This document shows, one piece after another, positions 20,605-32,647 of a stretch of 64,000 nucleotides of DNA. Within the stretch, counting starts at the first letter, position 1. Each line of letters opens with the position of its first letter. Made by a program: the position numbers and the translations under genes. The stretch is from a virus, in the IMG/VR virus record IMGVR_UViG_3300025030_000046, positions 1 to 64,000 of that record, one strand, 5' to 3'. The notes under the pieces were generated by a model. That model did not search any database, had not been told where the DNA came from, and worked only from the letters and a program-made list of their open reading frames with translations.

Positions 20605-22953
20605 GTTGACCTCTTTTATATTTTACTTTATTGCAATAAAAGCTAACTTTTATTTTAATTTTATATTTTTGATTAATTTGTAAAATACTTCTGATGGAAA
20701 GTGCATTTCTTTTTCTCCTACATTTTCATCAATCTCATATCTAACAATGCCACCATTACGCTCCATTCCTAAACTACTCACAGGCTCAATTTCATTCACA
20801 CCACAATCAATAGCCATCTTTTCAAATTCTTCAACAGTTAAATTATTAAAAAATTCGTCAATCATTTTTATTCTTTCTTCTAATTTAACGTCCGAGCATT
20901 CTTTCTCTTTATTCATAAATACCTCGTTTTTAATTATCATACTTACATATAAAATCACTTAAATATTCTGGAAAACTTCCATAATCTTCAGTTTTTTCTT
21001 CATCTTCTTTATTTAAATATTCTTCTTTCATATCTTCTAAATTGAAATTATACATTTTTGCTAATTTTATAAAATGTTGTACCCTACTATATCCTTGATT
21101 AAGCGTATGTCCTTCTTCTTTTAATTCTCCATTTACATATAATCCTTCCCAACCATCTGATTTTAATAGTATTGCTTTATTCATCTTCATACTCCTCATC
21201 TTTATAATAATCTTCTATACTTGGCACACCTGTACACCTACTGCAATTACATGGCGGTTTATAAATTTCATCTATGCGTTTGGCGTACCATTTATAATCC
21301 ATTTCGTCTGCCGATTTACTAGCTCCATATGGATCTTCCATTGCATACGCAAAACCCTTCAATATTTCAATGACCCTATCTTTATCAGCCATACCTACTC
21401 CTTTCCATAAAACTGCATTTTTATCGTGTTTCTTCACTTACAGCCTTTAGCGTTTCAGCACACGCTTTTTCGAAAATCATGTTTGACCATTGTTCGAATA
21501 CGTTATTCATTGTTTTCCTCCTATTCTATATTTTAACTAACTGAATTCTCTTGGACATTGATATTCAATTGGACAATCTATTAACAAATCTAAAAATTCA
21601 CATGCCGTATATTCTTCTCCATATTCATTAATTACAACCTTATCTATGCAATTTTCAGCTAATATCAAGAGTTCATTTTTATGCTTTATTAAAGTCCAAG
21701 TAAAAGAACTGCAACTACTTACTCCACTTCTATTTAATCTATTTTTATTAAACCCTAATTCAATACCTACACTACTATTGCTCAATGATTCTTTTACTGC
21801 TTCTTTGCAACATGATGGGCAAAGTGAATTCCAATTAGATTCTGAATAATGAATACCTCTAACTCCATCTTTGCATAAAGTTGTTCCACAATCCCAACAA
21901 TACAGCCCCGCAGCCGATCTTTTCCCTATATGTACTTGAATGTCATCTTCATATTCACAATTTTCATGTTTATCTTTCCAATAATAATTTGTTCCCATTA
22001 ACTAGTTACCTCCGCAACTATTTCATCTAAACTCTTATATTCTTTTTCAATGCTACATCTCACAAATTTCTGTTTATCATTTGACGAACTTTCTTCGTAA
22101 GTTATAAATTTATAAAACATTGCAACGCCATCTTCATATACAACGATAAAATTTGTTAAATTATTAAAACTATCACAATCCGTATAAGCAAAGTATGATG
22201 TTCCTGCTGAATGTAAAATTGAAACAAACTTTTCTAAATCAGTCATATTTCCTCCTATTTTTATATTACTCTTAAATGATTGGCTAACCACCAGATTATT
22301 TCGATTGCTTGCCATATCCCAAGTACTGCAAGAATTAATATACTTATTATAAAAACACCAAAACCGTCGAACATTCCACTCCCCATAATTATCTCCTTAT
22401 AAAACACGAATTTCATGGTAATTTTCAGTTCTGTAACCCTTGTGGCTGTAGGGTTTCAAAATGGTGTGGTTTGATTTAATCTTCTATATACCATTTTCCA
22501 TTTAATATTTCTTCGGCGGAAATACCATAACCATTATTATCGGCAATCACATTGCCTTCTCCGAATACTATATTATATCTGTTGTTTTTAAATTTTTCGC
22601 TTTCACATTTTATTGTTTTACCATTTTGATATGTTTTAATTGCAGTCGTAAAATCAACTGGTTCTTGAATTATTTCCCACTCTGTATTAAAATTACAGTT
22701 AATATAAGAATATTCACCTTTAAGCCATCCATTGTCAGCGCATACCGTATTATAAAACCCACTTTCCGACTTATACTGGAATTTTAATTCTGGATTTTCA
22801 GTTAACATCTTCATCATTTCCCAAGTTTTCATATCCATTTCTCCTTTATATTTTAGTTAATAAAATTAATCTTTTAATCTAAGTCAGTAATAATTAAAAC
22901 AATAACTCCGCCCACTATTAGACCAAGAAAAAATACTATTCCTATTGTCATAA

Positions 22954-23142
22954 TTACTCTCCTTTCCCATGATTTGATTTACTGAAAGTCCCTGAAGTTT
23001 TCCATAAAGCGGTCACTCCTGCACTATAAATCCTCTCAACTTTTTTGTTTCTACAGGTTGGACATTTCTTGAGAGGTAGATCTGTATGGCTCATTTGAAT
23101 TTCAAATTGGCCACATTTAGAACATTCGTAAGTATAAAACAT
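22954..23142 (-). CDS. FmdB-family zinc-ribbon protein
   Basis: YTYECSKCG.FE...CPTC....VERIYS. Confidence 0.75.
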   Translation of the reverse strand: MFYTYECSKCGQFEIQMSHTDLPLKKCPTCRNKKVERIYSAGVTALWKTSGTFSKSNHGKGE

Positions 23143-25180
23143 ATTTTACCTCCTATTTACATAGTTCTTTGTACATAAACTCATATTCTTTTAATTTCTT
23201 ATTTTCTAAATATAATTCAGTGTTTTCATTTACTAAATTTGCTACTTTTATTTCAATTTCATCTACTGCGTCAGATATATACTTTTCGTTGAATACATCG
23301 TATATTTGACCTCGTACCTTATTTAGCCTTTCTTTTAGTTCGATTAACATTGTTATTCTCCTTTTATATCTTGTTTAATTAAAATTGAAGTTTCATATAA
23401 ATTATCTACCAGCTTCTATGCACCTCATGAACTGTCTCTATACCATCGTACTCATCTATTTCCCATTCAATACCATCTGGGATTTCGATAATTCTCAATT
23501 TAGCACAACTTCCATTAGCTTCGTCTTCTAATTCTTCTACAACTTGAATTAACAATTTATTAGTTCTTTCAATATCATTAGCATAAAAATAATCATTTTT
23601 ATCATTATAAAGAATATTAGTTTTCTCTCCCATATCTTTAGTAACCGCATATATAAATAAACTATTATCATAAATATCAGTTATTTTTTTATATTGATTT
23701 TTACCATCTGCATACTCATGTTTAGTTTGTTTGTAAAAATATAATTCCTTCCCCATTAATTCAGCTAATCTTTTTTGTGCTTTTAATGATAATCTAAATC
23801 CTCCAAAGCATTTATTAACAACAATTTTCATATTTCTGCTCCTTTATTTTATATTTTAAATTAAAATTCAAATCAAACTGAAATTTTAAATTGTTTGTAT
23901 ACTTCTATGATAATCTATCCATTCTTGACTTTCTAAATTTCCCGCCACAACAATATCAAAGTATTCTTTTCTCATATCTTGTATTGTAAATTTCTCAACT
24001 TTTCTCTTTTTAAAATTTTTATTAACTTTCTGAATTATAGTAGCATTATTCATCGGATAAAGCTTAGTTAATCTTTCTTTCTCAGACTTAGATTCTTCCT
24101 CTAATTTAATTCTTTCGGCTTCAACTCTCTTTTTCTCTTCTTCCTCAGCATCAATCACTTTACTTAAATCAACGTCTAGTTTATTCCACTTATTTTCAGT
24201 GTGAGCAGGAATAATAACTTCGGGTATCAACACTTCTTTAATCTCAAAGAATTCATAAGGATCTTTATCATAATAATAATCTGTAAAATATGAACCACTC
24301 CTTGATACACCGCGAGACACTCCGAAATTAAATGATTGTATTTCTTTATATTTTTCATCTATTTCTATCAATTGACCTTCTTCATTTTTATACTGATATT
24401 TACCTTGGTCATCCCATGAATCATCTCCAACTTCTTTGAACATATAAGTTTTACCATCATACTCATACACAAAATCATCTAGGTCAGATTCACCTAATTT
24501 TTTGACTATTTTTGAAAACAATTTAATATCCATTTCATATCTCCTTTTTATATTTTAAATCTATATAGAATCTGTGCTTTATTTAATTCCAACCGCCATT
24601 GCCCAACCTAAAGTCATTAATAAAAAATAAACGAATCTATAATTAGCTGGATCATCAGATATGCCAAATAAATAAAATATTATTTGAATACCTCCACCAA
24701 TCCCAAATATATAGCCTATAATGTTCCAAAATAAAGGTGTAATCATAGAATCTCCTTTCCGTAAAATTTGTATTTCAAAGCAACTTACATTTATATTTTT
24801 TACATTTCTCAAGTATTGTGTTTAAAAATTTTTCATTATACGCCAGCAATGGATGTTCATCTTCGGGGTCAACATCTCCCCAATGAAACCATGCGTATAA
24901 TTTCATTCTCCAGTTGAATCTATATTTTTCAATTTGTTTAATAATTTTTAGTCTAAATTCTTTATTTTTGTTGTATTCATCGATATGTTTTTGATAATCC
25001 TCATGTTCATCAATGCTAATTATACTGCAAGTTTGAATATCTACTTCTTTTCTGCCACCTCTACTTAATTTAATCCAACAATTAGTTAATATATGCTCTT
25101 TTAAAGATTCTAAAGTATATTCGTTTGTTTTCAAAAACCAATACTCGCCATTATTTAATCTAAAATCAAAACATCTCATA

Positions 25181-25372
25181 TTAGACTAACCACACCTTTC
25201 CTTGATTTTCTCCAATGGAAACAATATCGTTTTCTTTTAATTCTAAGTTATAATGCTCATCAAATTTTATAGGAGTTGCATTTACATATATTTTCCCCAT
25301 ACAAACTAATCTTCTAAATTCTGAACGCCCATTAAGAGCTTTATTTTTATGTAAAAACCAGAATAAGTCCAT
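25181..25372 (-). CDS. Stand-alone S4-like RNA-binding domain protein
   Basis: RSEFRRLV.MGKIYVN...LKENDIVSIG. Confidence 0.6.
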   Translation of the reverse strand: MDLFWFLHKNKALNGRSEFRRLVCMGKIYVNATPIKFDEHYNLELKENDIVSIGENQGKVWLV

Positions 25373-25442
25373 TTAACACAACCTTTCTGAATGAAAATAT
25401 TGTTTGATATTAATTTGTGGAGAGGAATTATCCTCCCATCAT

Positions 25443-26012
25443 TTAATAATCTTTAGATAAACTCCACTCTTCTACTAATCTTTTGGGCAACTTAGACTGA
25501 GTAACCACAGTATTAGGTTCGACATACATTACTTCACGTTCGCCTGTATCTGGATTTATCATCATAAGCCATGTGGCGGAAGCAGAATCAGGCATAAATA
25601 ATCCATTCGGCTCTGGTTGGGGCATTGTAACATCACCATAACTTGCGACACCAGTTTCTCCATATGACGCATTAGGGCGAATCCTTGTATATTGTTGTGG
25701 ATTTGTATATTGTGTCGAGTATGGTAATCCGAACCCCATGCATTTGCCTAAATATATAAATTTACCATCCATAGCCTGAGTATATGCATAACACACTAAT
25801 TTGCTATCATCTCTTAGTTCATATATTTCTTTTGCCATTTCTTTTTCATAAAATTCTTTTATATTAGGCATACCTATTTTATTATTCATTTGGTTAAGTA
25901 ATTGAGATGTCGCTTGTGTTTGTTTTTCATCTGCCGATTGTGAATAATCACACCCAACCATTACACTCATCATAATAATTAAAACTAATATTAATCCAAA
26001 AATTCTTTTCAT
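25443..26012 (-). CDS. Lipoprotein
   Basis: Signal peptide with lipobox MVGC. Confidence 0.7.
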   Translation of the reverse strand: MKRIFGLILVLIIMMSVMVGCDYSQSADEKQTQATSQLLNQMNNKIGMPNIKEFYEKEMAKEIYELRDDSKLVCYAYTQAMDGKFIYLGKCMGFGLPYSTQYTNPQQYTRIRPNASYGETGVASYGDVTMPQPEPNGLFMPDSASATWLMMINPDTGEREVMYVEPNTVVTQSKLPKRLVEEWSLSKDY

Positions 26013-26013
26013 A

Positions 26014-26382
26014 TTATTTGCCCTCCGAAGGAATATAATTATCATAATTACCGTCTCTAATATCTTGTAAAAATTCTTTTAAATCCACATTTCTTAATTT
26101 ATTAATATTAAAATTAGCATACTTTTCATTTATCAGACCAATAATTGCCTGTTGAGCATCAGAATCCCTTTCAGTTCTAAGCTCTGCTTTGTATTTTGAT
26201 AAATCTGAAGCCATTCCGTCAACATAACTTTTGTTTTGATAAAATACATTTGTGTCCGCACTTGCATCGGCTACACCAACTGTGTTTTTATAAGCTACGT
26301 TTAAATATCCCGTTCCAAAACCAATTCCTATTAACGCTCCAATTACTAAGATACCTGCTAAAATACTTAAAAATACTTTCAT
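26014..26382 (-). CDS. Membrane-anchored protein
   Basis: N-terminal TM helix; adjoins the lipoprotein gene. Confidence 0.6.
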   Translation of the reverse strand: MKVFLSILAGILVIGALIGIGFGTGYLNVAYKNTVGVADASADTNVFYQNKSYVDGMASDLSKYKAELRTERDSDAQQAIIGLINEKYANFNINKLRNVDLKEFLQDIRDGNYDNYIPSEGK

Positions 26383-27467
26383 AATTTTTCTCCTTTTTAT
26401 TTTATATTTTGCTTTAAATAAATCAACGGTTTCATGTTAAATCTTCGGTATAATAATTTATGTGTTCATTATCGTAATCGGATGTATTAGAATATCCTAT
26501 TTGCATATGTCCTTTATCTGTCACTAAATACCATACTGTTGTATTATCATCATCTGATTCAGCAAACAATAGGTCATTTTTAAAAGATAATCTATTTAAT
26601 CCAATATAATAACTATGATTGTAAAAACTAATTGCTGGTATGTGTGTAAAAGTATTTATTAGAATTTTATCATACATTTTTAAATCGTCCATATAATCCT
26701 CCTTTCAATAAAAAATACCTTTTATTTGTCTTGTTTTCTATATTGTAGCAAAATTTTATCTCTTAATTTAGCTATTCTGTTCGCTCTCTTATCTTCTAGG
26801 TCTCCTTTTGCCATATCGTAAGCCGAATATAGCTCACTCGTTATTAATTCAACCTCTCTAATGGTTAGATTTATAATCATAACTATGTCCTTTCTATGAA
26901 ATATACTTTTCATACACTTTCAATAACTAGTGCCAATAAAAATAATCCCCATAATGGCAACCCACTTTTTGTAACATAACATGCTACTCCAATAGCTAAA
27001 CACCCCCACTGATCCTATAACTGCTTTTGCAATACCGTCACCCATAATATTTCTCCTTTTATATTTTATTTTATTTGAATAAATGCCAAATTTCATTTTA
27101 TTCTTCTTCTCCGAACTTTATAAACTCTGCCCCGTCTTCATATCCTTCAAATAATAATTCAAAAACACTATCAAAAGCTCTAGATATTGGGGTGTCACCA
27201 GTTTCACTATCACATTCATTTAGAATTTGCTTTGCTACAAATTCTGCAAACAATTGTCTTTTGCCTCTTTTAACTTTAGATTCGTCATAATTATCTGGGC
27301 AAAATTCAAATGCAGCAACTAAATTTTTAATTGGTATTTCGATTATAAGTTTCTTGCTTGTAAGTTTTGAAGTAAACCCAAGATTTTCAAATTTTTTCAT
27401 ATTCGTTTTCTCCTTTTAAAATACCATTTTTATTGAAATATTTATCCAAAGTTTTCCTTCCTCATTA

Positions 27468-27496
27468 AATATACCATTGTGCTTTTTGTTTGTCAA
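27468..27496 (-). promoter_or_regulatory. SigmaA-like promoter
   Basis: TTGACA-17 bp-TATATT, preceded by the conserved 21-bp AT-rich motif at 27500-27520. Confidence 0.7.
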
Positions 27497-27516
27497 CTAT
27501 TTTATATTTTAGTTTA

Positions 27517-30500
27517 TTAAATTTTTATAAGCCTATAGCAAATAGCCTTATCATCATTCTCGTCAAGACACCATACATCGTATTCGCCATCTATTGGTTC
27601 AAATTTTGGTTTGCCCTTTTCATCTTTCCCTGCATAACTTACTTTTGGTTTCTTTTTTAATTTCATAAACTGAACTATGTTTCCTTGCTCAAAAGGTTGT
27701 TTCTTAAAATGTGCTTTTCGCACCTTAACTTCAGTCAAAACTCCTGTAGATAATCCATATACAGTAGCTTTAGGAGAATTTTTTATATCTAATTCAACTA
27801 TAAAGGAAGTTCCTCTTGCCATGTCATATATACTCATTGGAGTGCCAAGCAGTTCTGTTTCGTAAGATACTTGTTCGGCAATCGGCAAAGCCATATCTTC
27901 TACATTTTTTTCATAATCATATAGGGCAATAATTCTTTTTTCCTTAGTTTTTGCTGTATGTTTTTTATCATATCTATTTTTACCTTCGGTAAACTCTTTA
28001 AATATATCTAACAGTTTTTTATTACGTCCATATTCACTAAAATAATTTAGTTTAATTAACGATTCTTCTTTAGCATCACCAAGCGTAGTGTTTTCTTCAA
28101 TATCAATTAATAAATCAACAAACGTATTATATTTATTGTCTTTTATATCAAACAAAATGTCTGCAACTGATTCTCCAAAACCTTTAACTGAGCTTAATGT
28201 TCTAGATATTGTATTTGTTTTTTCATCAAGGGTAAATTTTCTATTATCTTGCCCAAACTTGAAAGGAACAAATTTTATATTAAATCCTTCTTTTGCTTCG
28301 GTCATAGCCCCATTCATTCTATCTTTTTGATTACCTTTTGAGTCAAGAATGTTTAAAAATACTTCGTAAAATGCTAGTGGATAATGACTTTTTAAATATG
28401 CTCCATATAATGAATCTACTGCAACAGAATACGAATGTGATGCGTTAAATGAATATCTTACGGAATCTGATATTATCTGCCATACTTTATCCGCAATCTC
28501 TTTTCCCTCTTCTTCTGTTTTATTTTCAGTCTCTTGTATTTTATTAGCAAACCCTTCTAAAAAAATCTTCTTATATTTTAAAACTTTCTCCGCTCGTTTT
28601 TTGGCGATATTTTTGATAACTTCGTAGCACTCTGACATTGGAACGCCAGCAAAATTAAGTGCTGCCATTGCCATTTCTTGATATAGCATGAAAGAATTGG
28701 GCATTTCTTCCGTTTGTATTAACTTATCAAATGTTGGAATTCCGTAATCAAACTTTTCTCTATTGGCAAATGTCTTATACATAGATTTAAAGCCAGGTCT
28801 AATTGCTGCAACAAAAGCACAAAGCTCAGATATATTCCTTGGCTTATATTGCATTACTCTATGTTTTGTGCCATTTTGCTCTACTTGATTGATTCCTATT
28901 GTGTTTCCTCTATCATAAATATCCCAAACTTTTTCATTTCCTTTTGAAATATTTATCAATTCATTAACATCATGTGGCTCAATTCCAATTCTCTTATATA
29001 CGCTTTTAATTACTTCAACAACGGACACTTTTAACAAGTCATTTTTTAAGAATTTATAATCTTCTGCCCATTTCCCATCCATTATTGTACAAAGAAACTC
29101 TTTTTTGCCTGTTTTAGACTTAGTTTTAATCAATCCGATATCTCTTCTAATATTTCCTTGGTATATCAAGCTGCCACACGGATGAGGCTTAATATCAGAT
29201 ACGATGCCTAGATAACTTTCACTATCTTTTAATATTTCGTGATATTTTTCATCTACATAATCATATACACTAATTTCATCCACTTCATCTTCTTCAGCTC
29301 GCTTTAAGGCATTTTCATACTTTTCTATTTGTTCAGAAACTTCATTTGCTAAATCAAAATCAACATCTTTTGCTTTTGCATACATCTTCCAAGCTGATTT
29401 TGCTTTTAATGTACCGTATGCAATCATTGGAAATGCATGATTTTCTCCAAATATCTCTTTCTGTGCTTCTGCGAAAACGGAAGGGTTCGCAAGGTTTAAG
29501 TCAAGATCTGCGAGTGATTTTGATTCAAGTATTCTAGTAGCACTCATGAATCTTTCAGGATACATTTTTACCGAAGCAGCTATTCTATCAACTTTTGTAA
29601 ACCCTAGAAGTTTATTAGTATAGAATGACACTCCAGATCCACGTCCCGTCTCAGTAATTAATCCACCTTTTTCTAATGCTCTTTTAATAATCTCATAATC
29701 CAGCAAAAAATAATCTGCATGATTTGTAATTTTTACAGTATCTATTTCTTTAACTATCTCAGATTCATATAGAGAATGCAATTCTGGCAAAATTTTAGCT
29801 TTCTCTATATTCCATTTTTGCCAAACTAGATTTTCGTATTTTGTATTTTTTTCATCTTGTGTAAGATTAGGATAGAGTGTGGGCATTTTAATTTCTTTGT
29901 TGAATATTGGGTTATCATATTTTGCCACATTGAGAAAAATATTAGTATTATCCATAGCTTCTTCTATTTGATATTTGGTTAATATGCCTTGACTTATAAA
30001 TCTATTATAGGCTGTTTCACCATCTGGATAATCCATGAACCATCCTTGCTCATCGTCGTAATTTATCCCCTTTGATCTTACATATTCATCTCGTTCCCAA
30101 GCCTTTTCTGGCGTAATATAATGACTATCGCACCCCATAATAATAGGGATATTATAAACTTTTGAAAAATCTAAAATTTCTTTGTTTAGTTGCGATTGCT
30201 CTGGAGTATTGTGATTTTGAACCTCTAAATAAAAGTTTTTGCCAAAATGATTCTTTAACGATTTAACAATTTCCTCTGTATCTTTGCCATATTTCCAGAA
30301 AGCTAAACAGTTATGAACAGAAATACCTTCAACCCTAAACGAAGGAGTATTTTCAACACTTAAACAATATACATTATCGTCATATGAGTATTTTTCTATT
30401 CTTCTTGTTTTTCTATGAAGATAACTTACTCCGTCAATAATAACAGGTTTCTTAGAATTCCAACCATAAGGAACAAAATCATATTTATTATTGGAGCCTG

Positions 30501-31872
30501 TATATAATTTCCAATATTCATGAAATTCTTTAGAATTAATTTCTACTACGTAGCACTTTCTATGATGAACGTTATTCTTATCAGTTTTTTCTTGTCTAAC
30601 AGAACAACAACTTTTTAATCCATTTCTTTCTAAGATGTACCCAACTTCATATCCTAATTGTTCAGACACAGTAACATAGTTAATTCTATTTGAATTTTTA
30701 GATATATGTCCGTCGCCTAAAAATAACCCTTTAATATATTCCATTTGTAAACGTGGAGGCAATCTTAAAATAAAATTAGGAGATTTTTTATTTGCTACTC
30801 CTGACGGCACTAAATAAGAAAATAATAATGCCATTTCTTTACTATGTATTAAAACAGACATACCGTTTGTATTTTTTTTATCTTGTATCACAGCCTGTTT
30901 GTTTAAGTATTTTAAACTAAATTCATTGATAAGATTAAATAAATTTATTTCTTTTTTGTTCAAGGTAAAACAAATATAATTATGCTCGTCATTAATATTT
31001 CCTTCTGCCGCATATAGCCCAAGTATCTGTAAAAACAAAGCATCAACTTTTATTTTTGAAGTTGTAATAGGTGATTTTAAAGGTCTACCTAGATTACAAT
31101 CTTCCCTATAATTATTTAATATTGAATCAATGTTAATGTAATCAATATTTTCGATAGTATTATCAATAGCACTTAATATCCTGTCATCAAGAGTTAATTC
31201 GTCTGCTCTTTTCCAAATTATTTGTTTTGTTACATCTGAATGAGTTTTATTTATTGTTGGGAATTTATGATCTTTTGTACATTTAATGCTTTCAAAACAT
31301 CCTTCGATAAATAAATTATACATTTCCCCTTTGTATTTTCTCATTGTTGGAACTATTACTTTTTCCCAAGTCCCTTTGTGTGTAAGAACTAAATCTCCAG
31401 ATTTTACATCTTGAATATTTTTTGTTTCATTTTTTGTTAAAACTTTTGTATTTTTCTCAAAACAAGCGCTGGTTACCCAAACATCTTCCTTTGGCAGAGA
31501 AAATATTAAATCTAAATCAATTCTTGGCTGATAATAATATCCTGAAATATTAGCTTCGGATAAAATTTCATTAATTGATTGTCTGCCATTTTCTGTAGCC
31601 GCCAATAAGCATATATGAGCATTAGTTCTATCATTTTCTTTTCTGTCTTTTACCCAATATGCTTCAGTCCCAAATAAAAATTTTAAATTATATTTTTTAG
31701 CGTATTCATAAGCCTCAATGTATCTTCCTTGAGTTCCATGCTCAACACTACTAATTATTCCATGACCCAATTCAACTGCTCTTTTAGCATAGTCTTCATT
31801 ATATGTTGCCGAATCTGGAACTCTAATATTTGTATAAAAGCTATGCCTATGATAATTTTGAAATATTTTCAT
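27517..31872 (-). CDS. dnaE: DNA polymerase III alpha subunit (DnaE type) containing an intein
   Basis: PHP motifs NYHRHS, FGTEAY, DSHY; GRGSG, ADLDL catalytic Asp motif, KNDLL, RPG, YSFNASHS. Confidence 0.93.
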   Translation of the reverse strand: MKIFQNYHRHSFYTNIRVPDSATYNEDYAKRAVELGHGIISSVEHGTQGRYIEAYEYAKKYNLKFLFGTEAYWVKDRKENDRTNAHICLLAATENGRQSINEILSEANISGYYYQPRIDLDLIFSLPKEDVWVTSACFEKNTKVLTKNETKNIQDVKSGDLVLTHKGTWEKVIVPTMRKYKGEMYNLFIEGCFESIKCTKDHKFPTINKTHSDVTKQIIWKRADELTLDDRILSAIDNTIENIDYINIDSILNNYREDCNLGRPLKSPITTSKIKVDALFLQILGLYAAEGNINDEHNYICFTLNKKEINLFNLINEFSLKYLNKQAVIQDKKNTNGMSVLIHSKEMALLFSYLVPSGVANKKSPNFILRLPPRLQMEYIKGLFLGDGHISKNSNRINYVTVSEQLGYEVGYILERNGLKSCCSVRQEKTDKNNVHHRKCYVVEINSKEFHEYWKLYTGSNNKYDFVPYGWNSKKPVIIDGVSYLHRKTRRIEKYSYDDNVYCLSVENTPSFRVEGISVHNCLAFWKYGKDTEEIVKSLKNHFGKNFYLEVQNHNTPEQSQLNKEILDFSKVYNIPIIMGCDSHYITPEKAWERDEYVRSKGINYDDEQGWFMDYPDGETAYNRFISQGILTKYQIEEAMDNTNIFLNVAKYDNPIFNKEIKMPTLYPNLTQDEKNTKYENLVWQKWNIEKAKILPELHSLYESEIVKEIDTVKITNHADYFLLDYEIIKRALEKGGLITETGRGSGVSFYTNKLLGFTKVDRIAASVKMYPERFMSATRILESKSLADLDLNLANPSVFAEAQKEIFGENHAFPMIAYGTLKAKSAWKMYAKAKDVDFDLANEVSEQIEKYENALKRAEEDEVDEISVYDYVDEKYHEILKDSESYLGIVSDIKPHPCGSLIYQGNIRRDIGLIKTKSKTGKKEFLCTIMDGKWAEDYKFLKNDLLKVSVVEVIKSVYKRIGIEPHDVNELINISKGNEKVWDIYDRGNTIGINQVEQNGTKHRVMQYKPRNISELCAFVAAIRPGFKSMYKTFANREKFDYGIPTFDKLIQTEEMPNSFMLYQEMAMAALNFAGVPMSECYEVIKNIAKKRAEKVLKYKKIFLEGFANKIQETENKTEEEGKEIADKVWQIISDSVRYSFNASHSYSVAVDSLYGAYLKSHYPLAFYEVFLNILDSKGNQKDRMNGAMTEAKEGFNIKFVPFKFGQDNRKFTLDEKTNTISRTLSSVKGFGESVADILFDIKDNKYNTFVDLLIDIEENTTLGDAKEESLIKLNYFSEYGRNKKLLDIFKEFTEGKNRYDKKHTAKTKEKRIIALYDYEKNVEDMALPIAEQVSYETELLGTPMSIYDMARGTSFIVELDIKNSPKATVYGLSTGVLTEVKVRKAHFKKQPFEQGNIVQFMKLKKKPKVSYAGKDEKGKPKFEPIDGEYDVWCLDENDDKAICYRLIKI
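30310..31464 (-). mobile_element. Intein (385 aa) with LAGLIDADG endonuclease in the DnaE PHP domain
   Basis: TSA|CFEKNTKV start, block B CTKDHKF, LGLYAAEG and IKGLFLGDG motifs, end VYCLSVE...SVHN|C. Confidence 0.93.
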
Positions 31873-32633
31873 AGTTTCTCCTTATATTCGCAAATTTTAT
31901 TTCGGAAGTTACAAAGAAAATTGCAAAAATATCCATCGCTTAATGGTGCAAATTTTTCTTCTATCATTATCTTATCTGCAGTATCAATAACCCAATTCTT
32001 TACTACATCCACTTGAGCTTCGTCAAAATCAATTGTAAACCACTGTTGTTTTCTAAATGCGTTTAAGTGTAGTTGCTTTGGATATATGCCGTATTCATCG
32101 TATATTGCCATTGCGTAGAGCGTCATTTGTTTCCAATACTCTTTTGCCTTTGCACTTTTCACACTTTTAGGGTCTGAGGATTTGTGATCAATTATATGTA
32201 GATTGCCTTCCTTATCCTTAACAAGCAGATCTATAAAGCCTTTTATATTTAAGTTGTTTATTTTGAAATTGATTTCTTTCTCAACTGCTATAATCTCAAA
32301 ATCTCCAAAACCTTCGAATCCCTCGAAATAAGCTATACCACTAGCTAAATATGTTTGATCTAGTTTTACGTACTTATTTGGCGGAGCTTTATGTGGTATT
32401 GCTTTTTTAAAGCTTTCTTGAAAAATAGAAGATAATTCATATATTTCAACCTCTCCTTTAGCATATTTTTCAAGTATTTCATGTATTAAAGTTCCATATT
32501 CCGCAAAAAAGTTATTTTCGCCCTTAATACAATCTATGTATGCTAATTTCCACGAATATGGACATTGGTGGAAGCTCGATAATCTTGAAAATGACCAAAT
32601 CATATCCTCTATAATGAAGCTATATCCTGACAT
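31869..32633 (-). CDS. PD-(D/E)XK RecB/Cas4-like exonuclease
   Basis: SFSRL..F..CP, GTLIH, GFIDL, IIDHKS, Q..LY, C-terminal C..C.F...C. Confidence 0.85.
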   Translation of the reverse strand: MSGYSFIIEDMIWSFSRLSSFHQCPYSWKLAYIDCIKGENNFFAEYGTLIHEILEKYAKGEVEIYELSSIFQESFKKAIPHKAPPNKYVKLDQTYLASGIAYFEGFEGFGDFEIIAVEKEINFKINNLNIKGFIDLLVKDKEGNLHIIDHKSSDPKSVKSAKAKEYWKQMTLYAMAIYDEYGIYPKQLHLNAFRKQQWFTIDFDEAQVDVVKNWVIDTADKIMIEEKFAPLSDGYFCNFLCNFRNKICEYKEKL

Positions 32634-32647
32634 ACAATTCCTCCTTT

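Larger units (their letters stand above)
15736..27400 (-). other. Array of about 35 small accessory ORFs, mostly hypothetical
   Basis: Densely packed co-oriented ORFs with strong RBSs, many separated by the 18-bp junction motif. Confidence 0.8.

Noticed and set aside
31869-32633. CRISPR-Cas locus suggested by the Cas4-like gene
   Set aside because: No cas1/cas2 or array; the gene sits in the replication operon like common phage exonucleases.
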